A stretch of 64,000 nt of DNA, taken from positions 1-64,000 of the forward strand of contig JAUCBJ010007607.1 of NCBI GenBank assembly GCA_032718475.1, given 5' to 3'. The notes under the pieces were generated by a model that was given only the letters and a program-made list of their open reading frames with translations, did not search any database and was not told where the DNA came from. Of this stretch, positions 49,701-62,800 are shown piece by piece. Made by a program: the position numbers and the translations under genes. The DNA is from Nemertoderma westbladi. Lineage: Eukaryota; Animalia; Xenacoelomorpha. Every line of letters starts with the position of its first letter. The first letter of the stretch is position 1.

Positions 49701-50809
49701 ATCAGCCATAACAGATCGTTCAGCATGTTCTTCAACTAATGCTGAAACTATCATAGAGGCATCACTTCGAATAACGTTTTGATCATCTTCAGTCAAACAG
49801 TCTGTAATAATTTCAGGCCTTGTATGTGCTGATGTACTCTCTGCCAATAACTCTAAACTGAGTTCATCATCAGCTGTTCCAATTATATGAGAAACAACTG
49901 CATTAGCGGGAAGAGAATCTAAGTTTGATTGTTGCAATTGAACATCGTTGTACAATCTGTTATTAGCCAATAAAAAAGCCAAAAGTTTCTCAACAACATC
50001 TCGTCTAACTGTGGCTGGACGACGTGCTAATAATTTATGTTTATCAGTGAATGAACCAGCAAGGATTAAACGAAAATTACCATTCAATTGCGGGAATGAC
50101 ATTAGTAGCTCACAAGGTGGGGGTGTGTTAGGTTTACCAAAGAACAGAACATGTGACTGCATTATCTTATTACATGCTCCACGAATAATGTTAGTTCTCA
50201 TATATGGCTGAACCCTACTAACCAACGCCCATTCCGCGACAGTTACACCACAAAACTCGTCCGGAAGACACCCAATTATAAACTGATTGGCTATGGACAG
50301 TTTCGGACGTCCTGTATTACTATTTATGGAGTTCTTACATGTTCCACACAATCCCATTTTAACACTACCACCATCAGACACAAACGCTCTTGGAGACAAA
50401 AGGAAATCTTTCAAACCCTGATGGAACTTAGCAGCGCTGTACTGATCAATAAGAAGCGGTGACAAATTAAGTGAAGATTCGGGTGTGAGCTTCTTCTCAT
50501 GGAGTTTACTAATAAACTTATCGGTAACTGTCACTGCTTCACTCTTGTTCAACCAAACTAGTTCATCGCAGATACCACATACTCTCATTCCCATTCCATG
50601 GTTACCAAGATGTTTGACCGCGTTGTTCCAGATTTCTTGTTGCAGAACTCTTGTAGGTATTGATAAACTAGTGGTACTTGTAGCAGTTAGGATTGGCTCA
50701 GCTGCAAGTAGTTCAACATGGCTATCACCAGCAATAACACTAGCAGCTCTGACTACTTCAAAGTGGGGTGACTTCACTCGGTCAATCCTGCATCGAGAGC
50801 TTTTGTACT

Positions 50810-52510
50810 TCCTCGTCATCTGTAGACGCTGTGCTCGCTTGGCAGTTGATTCAGAACTGAGCTTAACATGCTGACGCTTCCTCATCATCTGTAGGCGATG
50901 GGTTCTCGCAGCAGTTGATTCAGAACTGAGCTTAACATGCTGACGCTTCCTCATCATCTGTAGGCGATGGGTTTTCGCAGCAGTTGATTCAGAACTGAGT
51001 TTAACATGATAATGCTTCCTCATCATCTGTAGACGATGGGTTCGCTTAGCAGTTGATTCAGCACTGAGCTTAACATGCTGACGCTTCCTCATCATCTGTA
51101 GACGATGGGTTCTCGCAGCAGTTGATTCAGCACTGAGCTTAACATGCTGACGCTTCCTCATCATCTGTAGACGATGGGTTCGCTTAGCAGTTGATTCAGC
51201 ACTGAGCTTAACATGCTGACGCTTCCTCATCATCTGTAGGCGATGGGTTCTCGCAGCAGTTGATTCAGAACTGAGTTTAACATGATAATGCTTCCTCATC
51301 ATCTGTAGACGATGGGTTCGCTTAGCAGTTGATTCAGAACTGAGCTTAACATGCTGACGCTTCCTCATCATCTGTAGGCGATGGGTTCTCGCAGCAGTTG
51401 ATTCAGAACTGAGTTTAACATGATAATGCTTCCTCGTCATCTGTAGACGATGGGTTCGCTTAGCAGTTGATTCAGCACTGAGCTTAACATGATAATGCTT
51501 CCTCATCATCTGTAGGCGATGGGTTCGCTTAGCAGTTGATTCAGCACTGAGCTTAACATGCTGACGCTTCATCATCATCTGTAGACGCTGGGTTCGCATA
51601 GCAGTTGATTCAGCACTGAGCTTAACATGCTGACGCTTCATCATCATCTGTAGGCGATGGGTTCGCTTAGCAGTTGATTCAGCACTGAGCTTAACATGCT
51701 GACGCTTCATCATCATCTGTAGACGCTGGGTTCGCTTAGCAGTTGATTCAGCACTGAGCTTAACATGCTGACGCTTCATCATCATCTGTAGACGCTGGGT
51801 TCGCTTAGCAGTTGATTCAGCACTGAGCTTAACATGCTGACGCTTCATCATCATCTGTAGGCGATGGGTTCTCGCAGCAGTTGATTCAGAACTGAGTTTA
51901 ACATGATAATGCTTCCTCATCATCTGTAGACGATGGGTTCGCTTAGCAGTTGATTCAGCACTGAGCTTAACATGCTGACGCTTCCTCATCATCTGTAGGC
52001 GATGGGTTCTCGCAGCAGTTGATTCAGAACTGAGTTTAACATGATAATGCTTCCTCATCATCTGTAGACGCTGGGTTCGCTTAGCAGTTGATTCAGAACT
52101 GAGCTTAACATGCTGACGCTTCCTCATCATCTGTAGGCGATGGGTTCTCGCAGCAGTTGATTCAGAACTGAGTTTAACATGATAATGCTTCCTCATCATC
52201 TGTAGACGCTGGGTTCGCTTAGCAGTTGATTCAGAACTGAGTTTAACATGATAATGCTTCCTCATCATCTGTAGGCGATGGGTTCTCGCAGCAGTTGATT
52301 CAGAACTGAGCTTAACATGCTGACGCTTCCTCATCATCTGTAGGCGATGGGTTCTCGCAGCAGTTGATTCAGCACTGAGCTTAACATGCTGACGCTTCCT
52401 CATCATCTGTAGGCGATGGGTTCTCGCAGCAGTTGATTCAGCACTGAGCTTAACATGCTGACGCTTCCTCATCATCTGTAGACGATGGGTTCGCTTAGCA
52501 GTTGATTCGC
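50810..52510 (-). repeat. 69-bp coding tandem repeat (about 25 copies), STPR-type 23-aa units
   Basis: Unit ESTAARTHRLQMMRKRQHVKLSA has the E1/R6/R9-L10/M13/L21 spacing of the STPR repeat; frame is unbroken. Confidence 0.9.
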
Positions 52511-53131
52511 ATTCTCGTGTTGCTCGTATTCCATTTCGCATCTTCCATAGACGTTGAAAATTCTCGGCAGGCGTTTCTAGCTGTCGTCTCAGCCACATTC
52601 GATCTCTATTTCTGACTTTTCCAACTCGTTTCTGAAATATAATTGCACAAACAATATTTATTTCATATGTTTTAACCATGGAATACTAAATATAGACGGA
52701 ACCGCATTAGTATTATTTTTTCGGCGCCGAATTTTTTTTAATAAAGTGGTATTATACCATAAAAAGGTCAGAAAATCGACTGGAGCGTTTCCATGGAAAC
52801 TGGGCAAACAGAAAATTTCGGGGACCGTTCCGCCCATGGCTACATTGTTGGATTTTTAACTGTACTTTTATGCTAGATAGCATATTCAGATTTTGTTGTT
52901 TTGAATGTTCGAGAACGGAGAACGTGTTCGCTATCTATAGATTAAAATAAAAATTTATGTTCTACAATATTTTTTTATTTTAAAAACATGTTGTAATTTT
53001 TGATATGTTTTGTAATTGTTGCAAAAAATAATATTATAGTCATCTATTTAGCTTTTTTTTAAAAAGCATATCTTGTCGTTATTTCGGTATTGTATAGATT
53101 GTATTAAACACTTACATGGGACTTCGCGCAT

Positions 53132-53396
53132 CACGTAAGTGCAGATGAGCCTCAGCATAGCAGTACAATTAGTGAGCTAGTCATTCACCGTCATTCACCC
53201 ACTAGCGGCAGTCAGAGGAACTATTGAGGTCTGTCAGTGTGTAAAATTTCCAAACTTTTGATAGATAGATGTGTACTAAGTTTGGTTCCATTTGATAAAA
53301 GAGTGAACGACTCATTAGTGTTCAAACATTTTCGCCAACAACAACGGACGGCTCACTAATTGTACCGCTATGCCAAGGCTCATCTGGACTTACGTG
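53132..53396. mobile_element. Short element with 46-bp inverted ends, related to the 57-bp tandem unit at 5271
   Basis: CACGTAAGTGCAGATGAGCCTCAGCATAGCAGTACAATTAGTGAGC (53132-53177) versus reverse complement of 53351-53396, 4 mismatches. Confidence 0.7.
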
Positions 53397-53455
53397 CGGC
53401 TCGCTCGCCTCACTCCAAATTCAAATAAAGCAAACATCACAAAATTACGGTATTA

Positions 53456-53892
53456 CTGTGTTACTCGACCCAATTTTACTTGCATGTTTTTTATAATTAT
53501 AGTAGCTATATTATTAAGAAAATATAGATAGGCCTATATTAATATATTTTATTCTAGAATAAATATATTTAGCTCTAGAACATTAAAATTTTTTTAATAC
53601 AGTTAGTTTTTATTTGAAAATGTTTTACAACATATATTTAGCGATTTTATATAAAAATATATTTTGTTCTAGAACATTTTAGAATGGTTTTTAACACTTA
53701 GGCCTAATCAATTAATATTTTTATAAAATGTTCTAGAATAACAATTATATTTGTTATAGAACATTATTTTTAAACAAAATAATTAGAAAATTTATGCTCT
53801 AGAATATTTTCAAAAAACAAACTAACAAAAACTAGCCAGTATAAAAACACATGCAAGTAATATTTGTCCAAAAAGTGGGTCGAGTAACACAG
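53456..53892. mobile_element. TA-flanked MITE
   Basis: TA-CTGTGTTACTCGACCCA ... TGGGTCGAGTAACACAG-TA, a second inverted block TTACTTGCATG/CATGCAAGTAA, and internal TTCTAGAA repeats. Confidence 0.7.
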
Positions 53893-54936
53893 TACCGGTA
53901 ATAACCAAAATTTCAATCAGTTTTTTTGAAATTAAAAAATTTATGAAAATTGTTCTAGAACAGAAAACATTTGTTCTAGAACATAAATTATTATATTTTG
54001 ATCAATAGCTAACATGTTCTAGAACATTTAAAACAACAAAAAGTGAAAACACCACTTTTGTAACCCGTTCTATACTAATGCCTCTGGTGCAAAGTGGTCA
54101 ACGACATGCAAACTAAACACGTAGGCGTTATGATGTAGATTAGTTCACTGTGTACTTTGTAGTGATGGAAAATATAAAGGTTAATTCATAGGATTGTTTT
54201 ACAAAAGTAGCTACTTGTAGTACAGTAATAATAATATTGTTGACAAATCTACGCATCAACCAAGGCCACCTTAATAATTATTATAGTGGTCTTGCATCTA
54301 CAATACAACTGCACAGTTCACGAATAATGGTACTACTTTTGTTGTCATAGAAATACATGGGAAATAAGCTTAAATCGTCCCCCCCCCCCCCCCCCCCTCC
54401 CCCACATAGTATTTCTTCTTTGCAAATATGAAAACTTTGACGGATTATATCTCGAGAACGCTCCGGTCGAATTTTGCTTAATTTTTTTTTCTATGTTTTT
54501 TTTAACATTTATTACATGTGATGAAACAGGTTAGTTGGCAAATTATTTTTAAATGTTTTGTTAATTTCGCGCATGTCCCCATGTATTACTCGCCAACATG
54601 GCTGAGCCAAGCTTGTTTTAATAAAACTGCACTACATTACTACTTGTTATTCACTTACAGTACATAACTTACCTTATGACCATGCTCTGTTGACCGTTCG
54701 GATACTACAAATTTTGGGGAAAGTAAAGACACCAAAACACCTCCAGCAACATCAGATGAAGATGCACTATCTACTAACTGTGGAAAACGTTCAGCAGAGT
54801 AATCCATGGCAGTAGAAAGTGAGATGATTTCCTGCTCCATTGGTTCAGCGTACTCGGGGCCGATAGTATGCATTACTTCTAGTTGAGCACACCCAGTAAG
54901 CAACCGAGGGTGGACTCTCTATAGCCGAGGGGCACT

Positions 54937-56812
54937 TGTATAATAACTAATAATCACGAACCCCATCCTCTTATAATATATAACTCTGTAGTAGTCAGTA
55001 GCAGTTGTTAGTAATAGCAGTAGTAGTAGTAGTATAAGTAGTAAGTAATAGTAAAGGAGATCGGTTTAAACCAAAGTGATAAAGTAACATTATTATATAA
55101 CATAACCATATAGACAAAGTAGAATAAGATACGGATTCATAATTATTTTATCAAACTCATGTACTACTTACTTCAATGTGCCAATTGTAATAATAATTAA
55201 ACATATTATTCCGATTAATCTGCGTTTGGCCCTATAAGATATTATACTGAAGTGTTTTATATCAATATATCCATGCGAGTAAACAAGAAGTAAAGTAAAT
55301 TTTTATTATTATAGTTTTAGAAATTGAATGATATACCCAAGATAGTGAAATAGATAATATACAAGAAATTGCCATTTGATCAGATATATCAAAGCGGCGT
55401 CTTTAGTATAATACCGTAATAGTATCAATTAACTCTGTTATACAATGTGAATATACTAAATCTATTTATAAATATATTATGAGCCCTACATTGTATATTT
55501 CTCCTACAGGTAGACAATGTAGTATGTTAAAACTTGATATAATTTGGTATAATGTATAACATATTACAAATAAGACTGAGGCAGCTAAACTATATTGCAA
55601 AGAAATCAAATATCCTGTTCGCGCTTTCAGACCTTTGGCAGTTTAACCCGCCAAATTAGGATGTCTTCTAGATAATAAATCACCTTTAGTCTATGACAAG
55701 TATTTAATTCACTACACTAGTCGAAACCAATCTGTGCGCGATCATTCACCCGCTGGATATACCCGGGAGATTGGGTTCGACGGCTTAATCTTATTGCTAT
55801 GTAAGCCTAATGTATTATTCGACTGACAGTATTATATAATCTCTGACAATATTATTCACCTTCGGGAAATATTAACAGTTCCTTTAGTACGTGGCGCTCT
55901 ATCTATATAAAAAGAGTTATGACTTAAACTACTCACAACGATATGGCTTAGTTATAATTCACATATATGGCGCATTCTTTAGGAAATGCTTCGTTATCAG
56001 GTTCACTCATACACAATGCTGCACAATACTGCACACTGATCTGCCGATCTTCACTGATTTTAGTCACATATAAAAGGAACACGGACCGAATCATGTAGGG
56101 TCTATCAAATAACATTAGATTCACTTCAAACCACTCAACATAGGTCGCAATCATTTATCTGTAACCTTTCTCTCTTACCTTCGGTATATCAAGAATATTG
56201 GGTTTTCGGGGTTATTTGTCGTTATTCCAAATATAATAATTCATCAACCATATTATGAAGAACTGACAGTAAATAGCAGTATAACAATATAAAAGTATGC
56301 ACAGTGTTACACAGTATGCAGTGTATGCAGTACTGCAGTATGCAGTATGCAGTATGCAGATAACGGATATATGTCCTTATAATTAAGCCTACTAGTGTAG
56401 GACTAAAAACTGAAAACACGGAGGTGCCAAAAGCCGGTTCTTAGGCTCTGGGCAAAACATAACACTGAACTACTGAGTTTCTGCATACACCTCCAACACA
56501 GAGACAACAAACGCTCTGATTGGTCAACCTGAACAACGAGAGAACAAAGAAACAAAGAAACGTCGACGTGGCAATATCAGCTGCTAGCCGTCGTCATAGT
56601 AGCGACACTGTTTTCAAGAGTATCGAGCTTTTACGTCACGGAATTACGGATTATGTCCTCTAAAGTACAAATACAGAAGAAATAGCTTTTATGTCCGCTA
56701 AAACACCAGTACAGCAAGGACACGGCCTTTTTATGCCTGGTAAACCAACTACAGAGTATTTTACGGGAAAAATAAGGAAAAATAACCGGACAATTCAGCA
56801 AAAGCTTTTACA
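54937..56812 (-). repeat. Candidate 3' LTR (1876 bp) of BEL element 2
   Basis: TGTA...TACA termini, preceded on the element strand by GGGAGCGG, and nearly the same length as the element 1 LTRs. The partner LTR is not in the window, so the left boundary is inferred. Confidence 0.55.
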
Positions 56813-59800
56813 CCGCTCCCAGAAAATGGGATTTTCAGTCTATAAAATATAAAAATCACAGTTTCTAAAACATAAAGATACTCTAAACAGTTAGTTTCTT
56901 TGCGCGGACGGCGTTTACGCAGTTTCTTGAGGCTAGCAAGAGTCCTTTTCTCTTTTTGGGGGGAGCCACTTTACTAGGAGGGCCATAACTCCTGGGTGAA
57001 GGGTGCAATATGATTGCATCAGAAGGTGTAGGTTTATGGTCGAGGTATCTGCCGTTTCGATATGCTTCTCCTCGAGCTGATTTTCCTCCGCTCGTAGCTG
57101 GATACGTTCATCCAAAAACTCTTGCAGAGAATAGGATCGTCCAAGTTCGATAACTTCTTAGAGATTCTGGATTTCCCAATCGAATTGAGATAAGGCCAAT
57201 TCGTTTATCGATTGGACTTACTGTTATAACTTACGTTTATCTGAACAAACGCAGGTTTCTTTTTTGATCTTTATAGAATAGCGTTTAACTCGTTTCGTAC
57301 AACGCTCTCCTTCACCTTGATGAGGGGTTGTATCGCGTTAAACGGGGACGACCATACGGTTGGATAGTGATATTAAGTGTCCGCGTCACAATCCGGCTAG
57401 GTAAGATGGGCAGCTAGCTAGAAATCACTGTCGGAGTGTTACCGATTAATTGTTAGGGTAGCACTAGATCTTTGAACAGTGAATACAGTCCGCGAGGATC
57501 CGCGACACCACCAGGATCGCAGGTCTGAGGTCCAACTAAGGAATGAGGAGGTTTGACCGAGTATTCCGGGACTCTGATAGTAGGTTTACTCCAGGATCGT
57601 TCGAGCCGAGTGAGCATAGGTGATACGTCAAACAAGTTTCGCTCGAAACTCCAGTAAATATAACGAGCACAACTGTGTTTAACACAACGTTTCCGTGGAT
57701 GTTTATGTCTTTCCGTTTATTAGTTGGGTCTAGAGCATTTATCGTAATAATACCAAAGACGCACGTCTGGTAGGGGGAAACGCGGGTGATATTTATTTGT
57801 TGTTACAATGCTTCTATCAAGAATTCCAAATATATGTTGGAGTTACCGCATTTATTTGTTTCTTTAATGTCTTTTCTTTCGAGCCGATTTCGAATAGAAT
57901 TTTCGCATTCGAATTTCAGTTTATGGTTCCGACTCCGCTGGGCAGGATATATAGTCAACATAGTCCGTATTGTGTAAATTGATAGAATGACCAGTAGTTA
58001 AGAAGCCCATATACGTACCATTACGCTGCGTATATCGAGCAGCGAATTTTCTATAGTCCAACTCTCGCGAGAGCTGCACTTGGGACATTGTCGGTTCGAT
58101 ATAACGACCATCGTCCTCCGCAGCAGTTGGACTAACGTCGCCGCGTATTAAGCTATCAACAAACGCTTGTAAAAGTAGAGTATATCGCTCCCCGATACCA
58201 AGACCATCTTCTATCAACTCCGTCATATCTGCTATATATGAGTTTATCCATATTATAAGGAGTTTATATTTAGGCTAGCGAGCGTCGCTGCCTACTCCAA
58301 TTAACCCCCGGACAGTACGAGATCCTCAGCGCCGATGTGTCGTCGCCGCTGTACTTTCGCCAACGACGTAGCCGCACAACGACAACGACAACCGGCACAA
58401 GTCACTCGACTGTCCGTCCCAAAGGCTTAGATGTACTTCAGGTTTTCCTTGGAGAGTTAGGTTACTTTTACGATTGCGACTAGCTACTGTAAACACACTT
58501 TAGCAGTAACATTCACCTATAAACTCACAAATACCACACAACTGGTCACAACTACGCACATTCGGGCCATTTGTCCGTTAGTCAATGCCTTCCAGAATGT
58601 CACTGTATTATTATGTATCCTTGGATACTAGCAGTGCGCTATTTATTCCCTATGCTATTCAATGGGACAAGCTTTCTATTGTTCTTTTAACTCAATTCTA
58701 ATTCTAGCGTGGTTGTTGCTATGGTGACATTATGCAAAGCTAGCGGTAGAATTAGGGTGATTCCAATGCATACAGATCTGGGATGTTATTTAATAGTATT
58801 CTTTAATAGTCAATGTTCTGTTTTATACATGACTTTATGAATTTTATCGGCTATTGACTATGTTTGGGAGACTTTCGCACACTCATATGCATAATAAGAT
58901 AAATCTCCGCTCCCTTGATCTATTAATTAATGGAACTTTGGGAACTTTATAAATTGCGTAAAAATGGCAATTTATTAAATTCATTAAAAGACATGAATTT
59001 AAATTTATTCCCTGAAATTTTATTATTTGATAATTAAATGGACATATTTTGATTCTAGAACATGTCTAGGGACACAAGATCCTTAATTCTATGACAATTG
59101 TCTTTTTTAAGAATATCGGTAAATGCTACGATATCTTAATTGACTAGAATTGTTGAAGGATCTGAATTTTACAGATTTTGATTTATTAGATTTGCAAATA
59201 TTAAATAATTAATATTTGAGATGGGCACCGATTTATTCAAGAACTTGTCTGGGGACGTTAACCACTGATTCTATAATTTGTCTTTCAAGTATATCGGTGG
59301 GTGCCACGATATCTTAATCGACTAGAATTACAGATGGTCAAAGGGTTTAACAGATTTATTTTGCGTTATACGCTACTGTTAAAGGGACATCACGCTACTA
59401 TATGTATTATTTAATATACGGTATGAGAGCAATATCGCACGAAGCAATGTCAGTGTGAAGAGGCAAGTCGTTTCCAAGGTCTACCCAGAGCTTGGTTTAG
59501 TCGAGACACGAGGATCTGAACTTTGCATTCCTAATACTCTGCCTACCAATAATACTTGAATATAGTAGTGGCTTTATTGTACTTTAATAAGTACGGACAT
59601 TTCATCTTACTGTAGTCACGTATTTATAATATGATACGGACAGTAAGGAAAGAGGAAAAGAATTATTTCTTGCCGTCGCATTAAATATAATATATACGTA
59701 ATTAAGTAATAAACGCGAATATATATTGCACTAATCTACTAAATAATCGCTAAAATAACATTCTACTGAATAAAATTAAAGAAAACGATTATAATAGAAT

Positions 59801-59879
59801 TACATAGTAATACATACATAAATATAAAAATAATAAAATAATATAAAATAATAGAGTCACACACCCACTCCATATGTTG

Positions 59880-62800
59880 TTACGTTATGGAGTCCCTAGA
59901 TGTTTGAAGGATTAGGGAGGTGGTCGTGGGAAGAGAATCTTGCCTTCCACAGTTTCCGGAGAGTCCTCCATTCCCTTCCGATAAACACAAACGACCGACT
60001 GGGTGATTGAGTCGCTGCATCCTGAATACAATTCCAGGTTTCCTCTTCGTCCTGGAATAGTGACGATAGAAACATCGCTCAAAGTATATGACGGTGTCAC
60101 AAAGCCGATTCCAGGAGCTATAGTGGTCCGTCGCTCTCTGCAGGAGAGGTGAGAGTCCCTGCGAGACGTCTGATGTTCCAGAGCTCCAATCGCTCTCTCT
60201 GATCTTCATGAAGGATCCACTCGCGGAGGGGAGGCCCAGATCCACGGCGTCGTCCCTGGCAACATGTAATACCGACAGATCTATCCCGGGTTCAAATAAC
60301 TCCGATCCACCCGTCCGGGTTTCAGGTTCGACTTTCTCCGCTCCCTTGGCTGGTCTAATCTCAGTCGGAGTAAGATGGGGAGGCCATTCATTCTCCTTAC
60401 TCAGGAAGTCGGGTTCACCTAACCGGTCTATAGTATCTGTCAGTTCTTGAGGAGTTGCTCCTCTGGAAGCGATGTCCGTTGGATTAAACTTCTTGGGGCA
60501 ATATCTCCATTGATCTACATTGGAGCTAAGATTGTCATTATCTGAGGAGTGTGGTGTTCCCTCAGTTGGGTCGTCTCCCTCACTAGTATCATCTTCCCAT
60601 TCACTCACCTGGCAGACGCGATCTTGAAGCAGTCTTTCCCTGAGCGTTCTACGGGAAGGTCCAGTAAGGTACCAACCTACTCTAGTTCTTACCGCATAGG
60701 TCTGTAGTGGCTGCGGTTGAGCAGGTCGTTTCTCTAATGTCTCCAGCGCCTCATGCGCGTTTTGGCCGATGAGTATTTGCACTCCAGGATAATCAGTCTG
60801 GAATCGAGGTATGTTAAGATGTTGGATGCTCTCATCCTCGTCCCAATTATAAAGGTCTGCTTGAGTAGTAGCGAAGTTCTTTATAGCCACCATTTTCACT
60901 GACCTGATGCTATGTTCTCCTAGTTCGTCCTGGGGGGTGGACAACTCACCTATATAATAGTTGGCAGCTACAGTAGAATTCCAAACCTGCATGATCCCTG
61001 ACATGTTTAGCTTGGTTCGGAACTTGGGTTGTCCAGCAAAGATGACTTCGGCTAGTTCTTTATCGACGAATGTTCCTGTGCTACCGGAGTCCAGGAGGGC
61101 GTTCACTATATAGCTCTTCTGAGGTCCGTGGACCCGTAACTGGACTACAGGAAATTCTCGGATTCCTATATTGGAAGTTGGCGCTTTCCAAGATGGTTGT
61201 TGATCGGAAGTAGTTAAGGTAAGGTCGCTGTCTGTGTCTTTCTCATACACGAGTGCTCGATACACTGCGGTGGTGTTTATTAGGTAACAGGATTCGTTTT
61301 GGTCGGAGAACTCGTCCGTATAGAATCCTTCCATCTCAGATTGATCAGTGTCGTTCACATCACTGAATTGGACATGTAGTTCGGACTCACTTACCTGACT
61401 CGGGCTGTTTCGTTCGAATTCCGTGTGCAACAAGATATGATGTTTTGCGCCGCACTTTGCACACCTTGCGTCGGAGTTACAGGTTCGCCGTTGGTGTCCT
61501 CGTCTGAGGCAATTATAACACAACCACTTATCCCACATGACTTCACGTCTATCCTTTAGTGATTTCCTCAGGAATTTATCACACGCATTTAAACGGTGGG
61601 GCCCGTCGCACAGCACACATTTCGGCTTGATGTTACTTACTTTAACCTGTGCTATGTGGTGCACACTTGTTCTTTCCTCGGGCTTTCTCACCTGAATTCT
61701 TTTAGGAGACGTAGGAAGGGTTTTTTGTACCGGTTCCCTTCTGTCATTGGGTCGAGACTCGGATTTACTTACCTGATCTTTAGGCATTTTATTGACATAA
61801 TAAGATCTGTCAGTGTCTTTCCCGCTGTCCTCTCCTTGAGAAGTTTGGCTTTCACCGTCGTCGGTATAACATACTGGTGTTACCCTTCTCCTAGAAACGG
61901 GTTTCTCACTTACCTTGTTTTCCAATGTCTTCTCTCTGGACTGCCTTAGGAGCTGTAATTTCACTTCTCTATCTAAGAATGACATGAGATCAGTCATGGT
62001 AGGGTCTCGTCGTTGTTGTTCCATCATATATAACACCTTCTTGTCCCAGCGTGTACCTACTCCACCCTTGGGCAAAGTAGATGCTAAGGCTCCTACAACC
62101 ATAGAATTCTGGTATTCATGAGACTTACCTAACCAATCTAGTTGTCTACAGATCTCCTGAATCTCATCGGAAAACTCTATAATCCCGCTGCTAAGAAACT
62201 TTCGGGGCGCCATTAATTTCGCATATAAATACCTAGCTATGTTAGTCTTATTACCATACCTGATGTTTAGTGTATCCCAAACTTGTCTTAATCCATCTGG
62301 ATGTCCAATAAATTTTAACGCCATTGACTTGGGAGGTCCTTCCAAACATTCGATGAGGAATCTAAGTTTCTCTCCGTTAGATAGTACAGAGTTCTGTATG
62401 TTATCTTTGTAATATTCATTAAAAGGTAACCATTTCATCTCATCTCCATTGAATTTGACTATCTCTCCCACCTTCACCGCTTGCCGGGCTTCGGTTCTAG
62501 CCATTTGACGCGTAAAACTTTCTTGGGCCATCGTGTTATTTAATATCGAGTTATCGGTATATAAATTTCTCGGATTATGATCAACTCTATAGGGAATGTC
62601 ATTATCAACAGGCATATAATTACCCTTAATAGGGTTCACTATAGGAGTTTCGACTTCGCTAGCAGTATATATGCGTGTAGGCTCCACACCTTGCGCATGA
62701 GATACTTCAGACCTAACAGGTTGACACATTGTTACTGAGGGTGGTGGTATACCCTTTTGGGTATTTACTAATTTATCGCGTTCGAGCGCGATACTTTGCT

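Larger units (their letters stand above)
43773..54873 (-). pseudogene. Helitron-family (Helentron/Helitron2-like) Rep-helicase gene, intron-containing and disrupted; element termini not resolved
   Basis: STPR repeats; KLSIANQFIIGCLP (DUF6570-type); FPFGLG; Rep motifs FLTVAP, GRGALHIHLLLW, YIIKYVSK; Pif1 helicase GGAGGTGKS, IIDEVSMV, GDFYQL, TCHKVQGLTL, YITLSRV. Phase-compatible GT-AG introns 49687-49480 and (inferred) 54672-52632. In-frame TGA at 49055, frameshifts near 47120 and 44660, MITE at 45234-46771. Confidence 0.88.
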
